From positions 19,778,001-19,842,000 of the forward strand of contig OZ059897.1 of NCBI GenBank assembly GCA_964057225.1: DNA of 64,000 nucleotides, given 5' to 3'. The DNA comes from Auanema rhodensis (taxonomy: Eukaryota; Animalia; Nematoda). Both the position numbers and the translations under genes were made by a program. Every line of letters starts with the position of its first letter. Position 1 is the first letter of the stretch. Positions 1 through 13,500 of this stretch are shown piece after piece. Below the pieces are notes generated by a model. It made no database searches. It was given only the letters and a program-made list of their open reading frames with translations, and was not told the origin of the DNA.

Positions 1-7
1 CAAAAAC

Positions 8-42
8 ATTTTGACAAAAATTTTTTCGAAAAATTTCAAAAT
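8..42. other. Imperfect palindrome centred on TTCGAA, present in most monomers
   Basis: tttttcgaaaaa (22-33) is a perfect 12-bp palindrome, flanked by attttga (8-14) and its reverse complement tcaaaat (36-42). Confidence 0.8.
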
Positions 43-144
43 AATTTAGCAAAAAGTAGATGTTTTTAGATTCCATTTTTCAAGGCAAAGACGATAGACA
101 ATGTTATTCAACGAAAAAATTAATTCTTCAGGGTGAAAATCGAG

Positions 145-166
145 GATATAAGTGTGAACTTATATC
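145..166. other. Inverted repeat: 9-bp stem with GTGA tetraloop, repeated per monomer
   Basis: gatataagt (145-153), loop gtga, then acttatatc (158-166), a perfect reverse complement. Confidence 0.85.
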
Positions 167-179
167 AGTTGATATCTCG

Positions 180-249
180 GTGCATTTTTAAGCTAGCGCA
201 AATCTGATAACACAGATCGACGCAGCTTAAAAATCCGCATCGAATGCAC
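180..249. other. Nested inverted repeat / long hairpin, repeated per monomer
   Basis: atttttaagct (184-194) pairs perfectly with agcttaaaaat (224-234). Pairing continues with gcg/cgc (196-198/221-223) and atctg/cagat (202-206/213-217). An alternative pairing is gtgcatt (180-186) with aatgcac (243-249). Confidence 0.85.
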
Positions 250-317
250 TATACTACATTGAGAAACGCTTAATACAAAAATTAGTTATGATCGTTTGAA
301 AAATGATGCATTAGTGT

Positions 318-345
318 ATGTTGAGTTTCCATGTACACTCAACAT
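318..345. other. Inverted repeat: 9-bp stem, 10-nt loop, repeated per monomer
   Basis: atgttgagt (318-326), loop ttccatgtac, then actcaacat (337-345). Confidence 0.85.
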
Positions 346-2808
346 TGCTTCCAAAAACATTTTGACAAAAATGTTTTCGAAAAATTTCAAAATAATTTAG
401 CAAAAAGTAGATGTTTTTAGATTCCATTTTTCAAGGCAAAGACGATGGACAATGTTATTCAACGAAAAAATTAATTCTTCAGGGTGAAAATCGAGGATAT
501 AAGTGTGAACTTATATCAGTTGATATCTCGGTGCATTTTTAAGCTAGCGCAAATCTGATAACACAGATCGACGCAGCTTAAAAATCCGCATCGAATGCAC
601 TATACTACATTGAGAAACGCTTAATACAAAAATTAGTTATGATCGTTTGAAAAATGATGCATTAGTGTATGTTGAGTTTCCATGTACACTCAACATTGCT
701 TCCAAAAACATTTTGACAAAAATGTTTTCGAAAAATTTCAAAATAATTTAGCAAAAAGTAGATGTTTTTAGATTCCATTTTTCAAGGCAAAGACGATGGA
801 CAATGTTATTCAACGAAAAAATTAATTCTTCAGGGTGAAAATCGAGGATATAAGTGTGAACTTATATCAGTTGATATCTCGGTGCATTTTTAAGCTAGCG
901 CAAATCTGATAACACAGATCGACGCAGCTTAAAAATCCGCATCGAATGCACTATACTACATTGAGAAACGCTTAATACAAAAATTAGTTATGATCGTTTG
1001 AAAAATGATGCATTAGTGTATGTTGAGTTTCCATGTACACTCAACATTGCTTCCAAAAACATTTTGACAAAAATTTTTTTGAAAAAATTCAAAATAATTT
1101 AGCAAAAAGTAGATGTTTTTAGATTCCTTTTTTCAAGGCAAAGACGATGGACAATGTTATTCAACGAAAAAATTATTTCTTCAGGGTGAAAATCGAGGAT
1201 ATAAGTGTGAACTTATATCAGTTGATATCTCGGTGCATTTTTAAGCTAGCGCAAATCTGATAACACAGATCGACGCAGCTTAAAAATCCGCATCGAATGC
1301 ACTATACTACATTGAAAAACGCTTGATACAAAAATTAGTTATGATCTTTTGAAAAATGATGCATTAGTGTATGTTGAGTTTCCATGTACACTCAACATTG
1401 CTTCCAAAAACATTTTGACAAAAATTTTTTCGAAAAATTTCAAAATAATTTAGCAAAAAGTAGATGTTTTTAGATTCCTTTTTTCAAGGCAAAGACGATG
1501 GACAATGTTATTCAACGAAAAAATTAATTCTTCAGGGTGAAAATCGAGGATATAAGTGTGAACTTATATCAGTTGATATCTCGGTGCATTTTTAAGCTAG
1601 CGCAAATCTGATAACACAGATCGACGCAGCTTAAAAATCCGCATCGAATGCACTATACTACATTGAAAAACGCTTGATACAAAAATTAGTTATGATCGTT
1701 TGAAAAATGATGCATTAGTGTATGTTGAGTTTCCATGTACACTCAACATTGCTTCCAAAAACATTTTGACAAAAATTTTTTTGAAAAAATTCAAAATAAT
1801 TTAGCAAAAAGTAGATGTTTTTAGATTCCTTTTTTCAAGGCAAAGACGATGGACAATGTTATTCAACGAAAAAATTAATTCTTCAGGGTGAAAATCGAGG
1901 ATATAAGTGTGAACTTATATCAGTTGATATCTCGGTGCATTTTTAAGCTAGCGCAAATCTGATAACACAGATCGACGCAGCTTAAAAATCCGCATCGAAT
2001 GCACTATACTACATTGAAAAACGCTTGATACAAAAATTAGTTATGATCTTTTGAAAAATGATGCATTAGTGTATGTTGAGTTTCCATGTACACTCAACAT
2101 TGCTTCCAAAAACATTTTGACAAAAATTTTTTCGAAAAATTTCAAAATAATTTAGCAAAAAGTAGATGTTTTTAGATTCCATTTCTCAAGGCAAAGACGA
2201 TAGACAATGTTATTCAACGAAAAAATTAATTCTTCAGGGTGAAAATCGAGGATATAAGTGTGAACTTATATCAGTTGATATCTCGGTGCATTTTTAAGCT
2301 AGCGCAAATCTGATAACACAGATCGACGCAGCTTAAAAATCCGCATCGAATGCACTATACTACATTGAGAAACGCTTAATACAAAAATTAGTTATGATCG
2401 TTTGAAAAATGATGCATTAGTGTATGTTGAGTTTCCATGTACACTCAACATTGCTTCCAAAAACATTTTGACAAAAATGTTTTCGAAAAATTTCAAAATA
2501 ATTTAGCAAAAAGTAGATGTTTTTAGATTCCATTTTTCAAGGCAAAGACGATGGACAATGTTATTCAACGAAAAAATTAATTCTTCAGGGTGAAAATCGA
2601 GGATATAAGTGTGAACTTATATCAGTTGATATCTCGGTGCATTTTTAAGCTAGCGCAAATCTGATAACACAGATCGACGCAGCTTAAAAATCCGCATCGA
2701 ATGCACTATACTACATTGAGAAACGCTTAATACAAAAATTAGTTATGATCGTTTGAAAAATGATGCATTAGTGTATGTTGAGTTTCCATGTACACTCAAC
2801 ATTGCTTC

Positions 2809-5800
2809 CAAAAACATTTTGACAAAAATTTTTTTGAAAAAATTCAAAATAATTTAGCAAAAAGTAGATGTTTTTAGATTCCTTTTTTCAAGGCAAAGAC
2901 GATGGACAATGTTATTCAACGAAAAAATTATTTCTTCAGGGTGAAAATCGAGGATATAAGTGTGAACTTATATCAGTTGATATCTCGGTGCATTTTTAAG
3001 CTAGCGCAAATCTGATAACACAGATCGACGCAGCTTAAAAATCCGCATCGAATGCACTATACTACATTGAAAAACGCTTGATACAAAAATTAGTTATGAT
3101 CTTTTGAAAAATGATGCATTAGTGTATGTTGAGTTTCCATGTACACTCAACATTGCTTCCAAAAACATTTTGACAAAAATTTTTTCGAAAAATTTCAAAA
3201 TAATTTAGCAAAAAGTAGATGTTTTTAGATTCCTTTTTTCAAGGCAAAGACGATGGACAATGTTATTCAACGAAAAAATTATTTCTTCAGGGTGAAAATC
3301 GAGGATATAAGTGTGAACTTATATCAGTTGATATCTCGGTGCATTTTTAAGCTAGCGCAAATCTGATAACACAGATCGACGCAGCTTAAAAATCCGCATC
3401 GAATGCACTATACTACATTGAAAAACGCTTGAAACAAAAATTAGTTATGATCTTTTGAAAAATGATGCATTAGTGTATGTTGAGTTTCCATGTACACTCA
3501 ACATTGCTTCCAAAAACATTTTGACAAAAATTTTTTCGAAAAATTTCAAAATAATTTAGCAAAAAGTAGATGTTTTTAGATTCCATTTCTCAAGGCAAAG
3601 ACGATAGACAATGTTATTCAACGAAAAAATTAATTCTTCAGGGTGAAAATCGAGGATATAAGTGTGAACTTATATCAGTTGATATCTCGGTGCATTTTTA
3701 AGCTAGCGCAAATCTGATAACACAGATCGACGCAGCTTAAAAATCCGCATCGAATGCACTATACTACATTGAGAAACGCTTAATACAAAAATTAGTTATG
3801 ATCGTTTGAAAAATGATGCATTAGTGTATGTTGAGTTTCCATGTACACTCAACATTGCTTCCAAAAACATTTTGACAAAAATTTTTTCGAAAAATTTCAA
3901 AATAATTTAGCAAAAAGTAGATGTTTTTAGATTCCATTTTTCAAGGCAAAGACGATAGACAATGTTATTCAGCGAAAAAATTAATTCTTCAGGGTGAAAA
4001 TCGAGGATATAAGTGTGAACTTATATCAGTTGATATCTCGGTGCATTTTTAAGCTAGCGCAAATCTGATAACACAGATCGACGCAGCTTAAAAATCCGCA
4101 TCGAATGCACTATACTACATTGAGAAACGCTTAGTACAAAAATTAGTTATGATCGTTTGAAAAATGATGCATTAGTGTATGTTGAGTTTCCATGTACACT
4201 CAACATTGCTTCCAAAAACATTTTGACAAAAATTTTTTCGAAAAATTTCAAAATAATTTAGCAAAAAGTAGATGTTTTTAGATTCCATTTTTCAAGGCAA
4301 AGACGATAGACAATGTTATTCAACGAAAAAATTAATTCTTCAGGGTGAAAATCGAGGATATAAGTGTGAACTTATATCAGTTGATATCTCGGTGCATTTT
4401 TAAGCTAGCGCAAATCTGATAACACAGATCGACGCAGCTTAAAAATCCGCATCGAATGCACTATACTACATTGAGAAACGCTTAATACAAAAATTAGTTA
4501 TGATCGTTTGAAAAATGATGCATTAGTGTATGTTGAGTTTCCATGTACACTCAACATTGCTTCCAAAAACATTTTGACAAAAATTTTTTTGAAAAAATTC
4601 AAAATAATTTAGCAAAAAGTAGATGTTTTTAGATTCCTTTTTTCAAGGCAAAGACGATGGACAATGTTATTCAACGAAAAAATTATTTCTTCAGGGTGAA
4701 AATCGAGGATATAAGTGTGAACTTATATCAGTTGATATCTCGGTGCATTTTTAAGCTAGCGCAAATCTGATAACACAGATCGACGCAGCTTAAAAATCCG
4801 CATCGAATGCACTATACTACATTGAAAAACGCTTGATACAAAAATTAGTTATGATCTTTTGAAAAATGATGCATTAGTGTATGTTGAGTTTCCATGTACA
4901 CTCAACATTGCTTCCAAAAACATTTTGACAAAAATTTTTTCGAAAAATTTCAAAATAATTTAGCAAAAAGTAGATGTTTTTAGATTCCTTTTTTCAAGGC
5001 AAAGACGATGGACAATGTTATTCAACGAAAAAATTATTTCTTCAGGGTGAAAATCGAGGATATAAGTGTGAACTTATATCAGTTGATATCTCGGTGCATT
5101 TTTAAGCTAGCGCAAATCTGATAACACAGATCGACGCAGCTTAAAAATCCGCATCGAATGCACTATACTACATTGAAAAACGCTTGAAACAAAAATTAGT
5201 TATGATCTTTTGAAAAATGATGCATTAGTGTATGTTGAGTTTCCATGTACACTCAACATTGCTTCCAAAAACATTTTGACAAAAATTTTTTCGAAAAATT
5301 TCAAAATAATTTAGCAAAAAGTAGATGTTTTTAGATTCCATTTCTCAAGGCAAAGACGATAGACAATGTTATTCAACGAAAAAATTAATTCTTCAGGGTG
5401 AAAATCGAGGATATAAGTGTGAACTTATATCAGTTGATATCTCGGTGCATTTTTAAGCTAGCGCAAATCTGATAACACAGATCGACGCAGCTTAAAAATC
5501 CGCATCGAATGCACTATACTACATTGAGAAACGCTTAATACAAAAATTAGTTATGATCGTTTGAAAAATGATGCATTAGTGTATGTTGAGTTTCCATGTA
5601 CACTCAACATTGCTTCCAAAAACATTTTGACAAAAATTTTTTCGAAAAATTTCAAAATAATTTAGCAAAAAGTAGATGTTTTTAGATTCCATTTTTCAAG
5701 GCAAAGACGATAGACAATGTTATTCAGCGAAAAAATTAATTCTTCAGGGTGAAAATCGAGGATATAAGTGTGAACTTATATCAGTTGATATCTCGGTGCA

Positions 5801-6318
5801 TTTTTAAGCTAGCGCAAATCTGATAACACAGATCGACGCAGCTTAAAAATCCGCATCGAATGCACTATACTACATTGAGAAACGCTTAATACAAAAATTA
5901 GTTATGATCGTTTGAAAAATGATGCATTAGTGTATGTTGAGTTTCCATGTACACTCAACATTGCTTCCAAAAACATTTTGACAAAAATGTTTTCGAAAAA
6001 TTTCAAAATAATTTAGCAAAAAGTAGATGTTTTTAGATTCCATTTTTCAAGGCAAAGACGATGGACAATGTTATTCAACGAAAAAATTAATTCTTCAGGG
6101 TGAAAATCGAGGATATAAGTGTGAACTTATATCAGTTGATATCTCGGTGCATTTTTAAGCTAGCGCAAATCTGATAACACAGATCGACGCAGCTTAAAAT
6201 TCCGCATCGAATGCACTATACTACATTGAGAAACGCTTAATACAAAAATTAGTTATGATCGTTTGAAAAATGATGCATTAGTGTATGTTGAGTTTCCATG
6301 TACACTCAACATTGCTTC
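2809..6318. repeat. Local 5-monomer (1,755 bp) duplication
   Basis: Private SNPs T274A at 3433 and 5188 and A111G at 3972 and 5727, each pair 1,755 bp apart, with the same order of monomer types. Confidence 0.85.
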
Positions 6319-6669
6319 CAAACACATTTTGACAAAAATTTTTTCGAAAAATTTCAAAATAATTCAGCAAAAAGTAGATGTTTTTAGATTCCATTTTCCA
6401 AGGCAAAGACGATAGACAATGTTATTCAACGAAAAAATTAATTCTTCAGGGTGAAAATCGAGGATATAAGTGTGAACTTATATCAGTTGATATCTCGGTG
6501 CATTTTTAAGCTAGCGCAAATCTGATAACACAGATCGACGCAGCTTAAAAATCCGCATCGAATGCACTATACTACATTGAGAAACGCTTAATACAAAAAT
6601 TAGTTATGATCGTTTGAAAAATGATGCATTAGTGTATGTTGAGTTTCCATGTACACTCAACATTGCTTC

Positions 6670-8775
6670 CAAAAACATTTTGACAAAACTTTTTTCGAAA
6701 AATTTCAAAATAATTTAGCAAAAAGTAGATGTTTTTAGATTCCATTTTTCAAGGCAAAGACGATAGACAATGTTATTCAACGAAAAAATTAATTCTTCAG
6801 GGTGAAAATCGAGGATATAAGTGTGAACTTATATCAGTTGATATCTCGGTGCATTTTTAAGCTAGCGCAAATCTGATAACACAGATCGACGCAGCTTAAA
6901 AATCCGCATCGAATGCACTATACTACATTGAGAAACGCTTAATACAAAAATTAGTTATGATCGTTTGAAAAATGATGCATTAGTGTATGTTGAGTTTCCA
7001 TGTACAATCAACATTGCTTCCAAAAACATTTTGACAAAAATTTTTTCGAAAAATTTCAAAATAATTTAGCAAAAAGTAGATGTTTTTAGATTCCATTTTT
7101 CAAGGCAAAGACGATAGACAATGTTATTCAACGAAAAAATTAATTCTTCAGGGTGAAAATCGAGGATATAAGTGTGAACTTATATCAGTTGATATCTCGG
7201 TGCATTTTTAAGCTAGCGCAAATCTGATAACACAGATCGACGCAGCTTAAAAATCCGCATCGAATGCACTATACTACATTGAGAAACGCTTAATACAAAA
7301 ATTAGTTATGATCGTTTGAAAAATGATGCATTAGTGTATGTTGAGTTTCCATGTACACTCAACATTGCTTCCAAAAACATTTTGACAAAAATGTTTTCGA
7401 AAAATTTCAAAATAATTTAGCAAAAAGTAGATGTTTTTAGATTCCATTTTTCAAGGCAAAGACGATAGACAATGTTATTCAACGAAAAAATTAATTCTTC
7501 AGGGTGAAAATCGAGGATATAAGTGTGAACTTATATCAGTTGATATCTCGGTGCATTTTTAAGCTAGCGCAAATCTGATAACACAGATCGACGCAGCTTA
7601 AAAATCCGCATCGAATGCACTATACTACATTGAGAAACGCTTAATACAAAAATTAGTTATGATCGTTTGAAAAATGATGCATTAGTGTATGTTGAGTTTC
7701 CATGTACACTCAACATTGCTTCCAAAAACATTTTGACAAAACTTTTTTCGAAAAATTTCAAAATAATTTAGCAAAAAATAGATGTTTTTAGATTCCATTT
7801 TTCAAGGCAAAGACGATAGACAATGTTATTCAACGAAAAAATTAATTCTTCAGGGTGAAAATCGAGGATATAAGTGTGAACTTATATCAGTTGATATCTC
7901 GGTGCATTTTTAAGCTAGCGCAAATCTGATAACACAGATCGACGCAGCTTAAAAATCCGCATCGAATGCACTATACTACATTGAGAAACGCTTAATACAA
8001 AAATTAGTTATGATCGTTTGAAAAATGATGCATTAGTGTATGTTGAGTTTCCATGTACAATCAACATTGCTTCCAAAAACATTTTGACAAAAATTTTTTC
8101 GAAAAATTTCAAAATAATTTAGCAAAAAGTAGATGTTTTTAGATTCCATTTTTCAAGGCAAAGACGATAGACAATGTTATTCAACGAAAAAATTAATTCT
8201 TCAGGGTGAAAATCGAGGATATAAGTGTGAACTTATATCAGTTGATATCTCGGTGCATTTTTAAGCTAGCGCAAATCTGATAACACAGATCGACGCAGCT
8301 TAAAAATCCGCATCGAATGCACTATACTACATTGAGAAACGCTTAATACAAAAATTAGTTATGATCGTTTGAAAAATGATGCATTAGTGTATGTTGAGTT
8401 TCCATGTACACTCAACATTGCTTCCAAAAACATTTTGACAAAAATGTTTTCGAAAAATTTCAAAATAATTTAGCAAAAAGTAGATGTTTTTAGATTCCAT
8501 TTTTCAAGGCAAAGACGATGGACAATGTTATTCAACGAAAAAATTAATTCTTCAGGGTGAAAATCGAGGATATAAGTGTGAACTTATATCAGTTGATATC
8601 TCGGTGCATTTTTAAGCTAGCGCAAATCTGATAACACAGATCGACGCAGCTTAAAAATCCGCATCGAATGCACTATACTACATTGAGAAACGCTTAATAC
8701 AAAAATTAGTTATGATCGTTTGAAAAATGATGCATTAGTGTATGTTGAGTTTCCATGTACACTCAACATTGCTTC
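6670..8775. repeat. Local 3-monomer (1,053 bp) duplication
   Basis: A20C at 6689 and 7742, C338A at 7007 and 8060, and T22G in the third monomer of each unit. Confidence 0.85.
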
Positions 8776-10530
8776 CAAAAACATTTTGACAAAAATTTTT
8801 TCGAAAAATTTCAAAATAATTTAGCAAAAAGTAGATGTTTTTAGATTCCTTTTTTCAAAGCAAAGACGATGGACAATGTTATTCAACGAAAAAATTATTT
8901 CTTCAGGGTGAAAATCGAGGATATAAGTGTGAACTTATATCAGTTGATATCTCGGTGCATTTTTAAGCTAGCGCAAATCTGATAACACAGATCGACGCAG
9001 CTTAAAAATCCGCATCGAATGCACTATACTACATTGAAAAACGCTTGATACAAAAATTAGTTATGATCTTTTGAAAAATGATGCATTAGTGTATGTTGAG
9101 TTTCCATGTACACTCAACATTGCTTCCAAAAACATTTTGACAAAAATTTTTTCGAAAAATTTCAAAATAATTTAGCAAAAAGTAGATGTTTTTAGATTCC
9201 ATTTCTCAAGGCAAAGACGATAGACAATGTTATTCAACGAAAAAATTAATTCTTCAGGGTGAAAATCGAGGATATAAGTGTGAACTTATATCAGTTGATA
9301 TCTCGGTGCATTTTTAAGCTAGCGCAAATCTGATAACACAGATCGACGCAGCTTAAAAATCCGCATCGAATGCACTATACTACATTGAGAAACGCTTAAT
9401 ACAAAAATTAGTTATGATCGTTTGAAAAATGATGCATTAGTGTATGTTGAGTTTCCATGTACACTCAACATTGCTTCCAAAAACAATTTGACAAAAATTT
9501 TTTCGAAAAATTTCAGAATAATTTAGCAAAAAGTAGATGTTTTTAGATTCCTTTTTTCAAGGCAAAGACGATGGACAATGTTATTCAACGAAAAAATTAT
9601 TTCTTCAGGGTGAAAATCGAGGATATAAGTGTGAACTTATATCAGTTGATATCTCGGTGCATTTTTAAGCTAGCGCAAATCTGATAACACAGATCGACGC
9701 AGCTTAAAAATCCGCATCGAATGCACTATACTACATTGAAAAACGCTTGATACAAAAATTAGTTATGATCTTTTGAAAAATGATGCATTAGTGTATGTTG
9801 AGTTTCCATGTACACTCAACATTGCTTCCAAAAACATTTTGACAAAAATTTTTTCGAAAAATTTCAAAATAATTTAGCAAAAAGTAGATGTTTTTAGATT
9901 CCATTTCTCAAGGGAAAGACGATAGACAATGTTATTCAACGAAAAAATTAATTCTTCAGGGTGAAAATCGAGGATATAAGTGTGAACTTATATCAGTTGA
10001 TATCTCGGTGCATTTTTAAGCTAGCGCAAATCTGATAACACAGATCGACGCAGCTTAAAAATCCGCATCGAATGCACTATACTACATTGAGAAACGCTTA
10101 ATACAAAAATTAGTTATGATCGTTTGAAAAATGATGCATTAGTGTATGTTGAGTTTCCATGTACACTCAACATTGCTTCCAAAAACAATTTGACAAAAAT
10201 TTTTTCGAAAAATTTCAAAATAATTTAGCAAAAAGTAGATGTTTTTAGATTCCTTTTTTCAAGGCAAAGACGATGGACAATGTTATTCAACGAAAAAATT
10301 ATTTCTTCAGGGTGAAAATCGAGGATATAAGTGTGAACTTATATCAGTTGATATCTCGGTGCATTTTTAAGCTAGCGCAAATCTGATAACACAGATCGAC
10401 GCAGCTTAAAAATCCGCATCGAATGCACTATACTACATTGAGAAACGCTTAATACAAAAATTAGTTATGATCGTTTGAAAAATGATGCATTAGTGTATGT
10501 TGAGTTTCCATGTACACTCAACATTGCTTC

Positions 10531-13500
10531 CAAAAACATTTTGACAAAAATTTTTTCGAAAAATTTCAAGATAATTTAGCAAAAAGTAGATGTTTTTAGA
10601 TTCCTTTTTTCAAGGCAAAGACGATGGACAATGTTATTCAACGAAAAAATTATTTCTTCAGGGTGAAAATCGAGGATATAAGTGTGAACTTATATCAGTT
10701 GATATCTCGGTGCATTTTTAAGCTAGCGCAAATCTGATAGCACAGATCGACGCAGCTCAAAAATCCGGATCGAATGCACTATACTACATTAAGAAACGCT
10801 TGATACAAAAATTAGTTATGATCGTTTGAAAAATGATGCATTAGTGTATGTTGAGTTTCCATGTACACTCAACATTGCTTCCAAAAACATTTTGACAAAA
10901 ATTTTTTCGAAAAATTTCAAAATAATTTAGCAAAAAGTAGATGTTTTAAGATTCCATTTTTCTAGGCAAAGACGATGGACAATGTTATTCAACGAAAAAA
11001 TTAATTCTTCAGGGGGAAAATCGAGGATATAAGTGTGAACTTATATCAGTTGATATCTCGGTGCATTTTTAAGCTAGCGCAAATCTGATAACACAGATCG
11101 ACGCAGCTTAAAAATCCGCATCGAATGCACTATACTACATTGAAAAACGCTTGATACAAAAATTAGTTATGATCTTTTGAAAAATGATGCATTAGTGTAT
11201 GTTGAGTTTCCATGTACACTCAACATTGCTTCCAAAAACATTTTGACAAAAATTTTTTCGAAAAATTTCAAAATAATTTAGCAAAAAGTAGATGTTTTTA
11301 GATTCCATTTCTCAAGGCAAAGACGATAGACAATGTTATTCAACGAAAAAATTAATTCTTCAGGGTGAAAATCGAGGATATAAGTGTGAACTTATATCAG
11401 TTGATATCTCGGTGCATTTTTAAGCTAGCGCAAATCTGATAACACAGATCGACGCAGCTTAAAAATCCGCATCGAATGCACTATACTACATTGAGAAACG
11501 CTTAATACAAAAATTAGTTATGATCGTTTGAAAAATGATGCATTAGTGTATGTTGAGTTTCCATGTACACTCAACATTGCTTCCAAAAACAATTTGACAA
11601 AAATTTTTTCGAAAAATTTCAAAATAATTTAGCAAAAAGTAGATGTTTTTAGATTCCTTTTTTCAAGGCAAAGACGATGGACAATGTTATTCAACGAAAA
11701 AATTATTTCTTCAGGGTGAAAATCGAGGATATAAGTGTGAACTTATATCAGTTGATATCTCGGTGCATTTTTAAGCTAGCGCAAATCTGATAACACAGAT
11801 CGACGCAGCTTAAAAATCCGCATCGAATGCACTATACTACATTGAAAAACGCTTGATACAAAAATTAGTTATAATCTTTTGAAAAATGATGCATTAGTGT
11901 ATGTTGAGTTTCCATGTACACTCAACATTGCTTCCAAAAACATTTTGACAAAAATTTTTTCGAAAAATTTCAAAATAATTTAGCAAAAAGTAGATGTTTT
12001 TAGATTCCATTTCTCAAGGCAAAGACGATAGACAATGTTATTCAACGAAAAAATTAATTCTTCAGGGTGAAAATCGAGGATATAAGTGTGAACTTATATC
12101 AGTTGATATCTCGGTGCATTTTTACGCTAGCGCAGATCTGATAACACAGATCGACGCAGCTTAAAAATCCGCATCGAATGCACTATACTACATTGAGAAA
12201 CGCTTAATACAAAAATTAGTTATGATCGTTTGAAAAATGATGCATTAGTGTATGTTGAGTTTCCATGTACACTCAACATTGCTTCCAAAAACATTTTGAC
12301 AAAAATTTTTTCGAAAAATTTCAAGATAATTTAGCAAAAAGTAGATGTTTTTAGATTCCTTTTTTCAAGGCAAAGACGATGGACAATGTTATTCAACGAA
12401 AAAATTATTTCTTCAGGGTGAAAATCGAGGATATAAGTGTGAACTTATATCAGTTGATATCTCGGTGCATTTTTAAGCTAGCGCAAATCTGATAGCACAG
12501 ATCGACGCAGCTCAAAAATCCGGATCGAATGCACTATACTACATTAAGAAACGCTTGATACAAAAATTAGTTATGATCGTTTGAAAAATGATGCATTAGT
12601 GTATGTTGAGTTTCCATGTACACTCAACATTGCTTCCAAAAACATTTTGACAAAAATTTTTTCGAAAAATTTCAAAATAATTTAGCAAAAAGTAGATGTT
12701 TTAAGATTCCATTTTTCTAGGCAAAGACGATGGACAATGTTATTCAACGAAAAAATTAATTCTTCAGGGGGAAAATCGAGGATATAAGTGTGAACTTATA
12801 TCAGTTGATATCTCGGTGCATTTTTAAGCTAGCGCAAATCTGATAACACAGATCGACGCAGCTTAAAAATCCGCATCGAATGCACTATACTACATTGAAA
12901 AACGCTTGATACAAAAATTAGTTATGATCTTTTGAAAAATGATGCATTAGTGTATGTTGAGTTTCCATGTACACTCAACATTGCTTCCAAAAACATTTTG
13001 ACAAAAATTTTTTCGAAAAATTTCAAAATAATTTAGCAAAAAGTAGATGTTTTTAGATTCCATTTCTCAAGGCAAAGACGATAGACAATGTTATTCAACG
13101 AAAAAATTAATTCTTCAGGGTGAAAATCGAGGATATAAGTGTGAACTTATATCAGTTGATATCTCGGTGCATTTTTAAGCTAGCGCAAATCTGATAACAC
13201 AGATCGACGCAGCTTAAAAATCCGCATCGAATGCACTATACTACATTGAGAAACGCTTAATACAAAAATTAGTTATGATCGTTTGAAAAATGATGCATTA
13301 GTGTATGTTGAGTTTCCATGTACACTCAACATTGCTTCCAAAAACAATTTGACAAAAATTTTTTCGAAAAATTTCAAAATAATTTAGCAAAAAGTAGATG
13401 TTTTTAGATTCCTTTTTTCAAGGCAAAGACGATGGACAATGTTATTCAACGAAAAAATTATTTCTTCAGGGTGAAAATCGAGGATATAAGTGTGAACTTA

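Larger units (their letters stand above)
1..351. repeat. Representative 351-bp monomer (type A, used as reference)
   Basis: 109 G+C of 351 nt and 12 CpG by hand count. The A/T-tract-rich part is ~1-140 and the hairpin-rich part is ~141-345. Confidence 0.97.

Noticed and set aside
24-41. CENP-B box
   Set aside because: TTCG is present but the required downstream CGGG (NTTCGNNNNANNCGGGN) is not.
184-270. Hammerhead ribozyme, as in newt, schistosome or cave-cricket satellites
   Set aside because: The best core match is CUGAUAA (204-210), and CUGAUAU on the minus strand, not CUGANGA. I could not build stem II followed by GAAA in the right geometry. An Infernal search against the Rfam ribozyme models would settle it.
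145-345. Hairpins as rho-independent terminators or bacterial REP elements
   Set aside because: The stems are AT-rich without a proper following U-tract, there are no genes, and the context is a eukaryote-type satellite.
1-351. 5S rRNA, tRNA, snRNA or spliced-leader RNA tandem gene cluster
   Set aside because: I recognised no 5S, tRNA cloverleaf, Pol III A/B box or SL sequence on either strand, and the GC content is low. A cmscan run was not possible.
1-351. Monomer as a dimer of ~175-bp subunits
   Set aside because: The two halves do not align by eye beyond short gaaaaa(a)t motifs.
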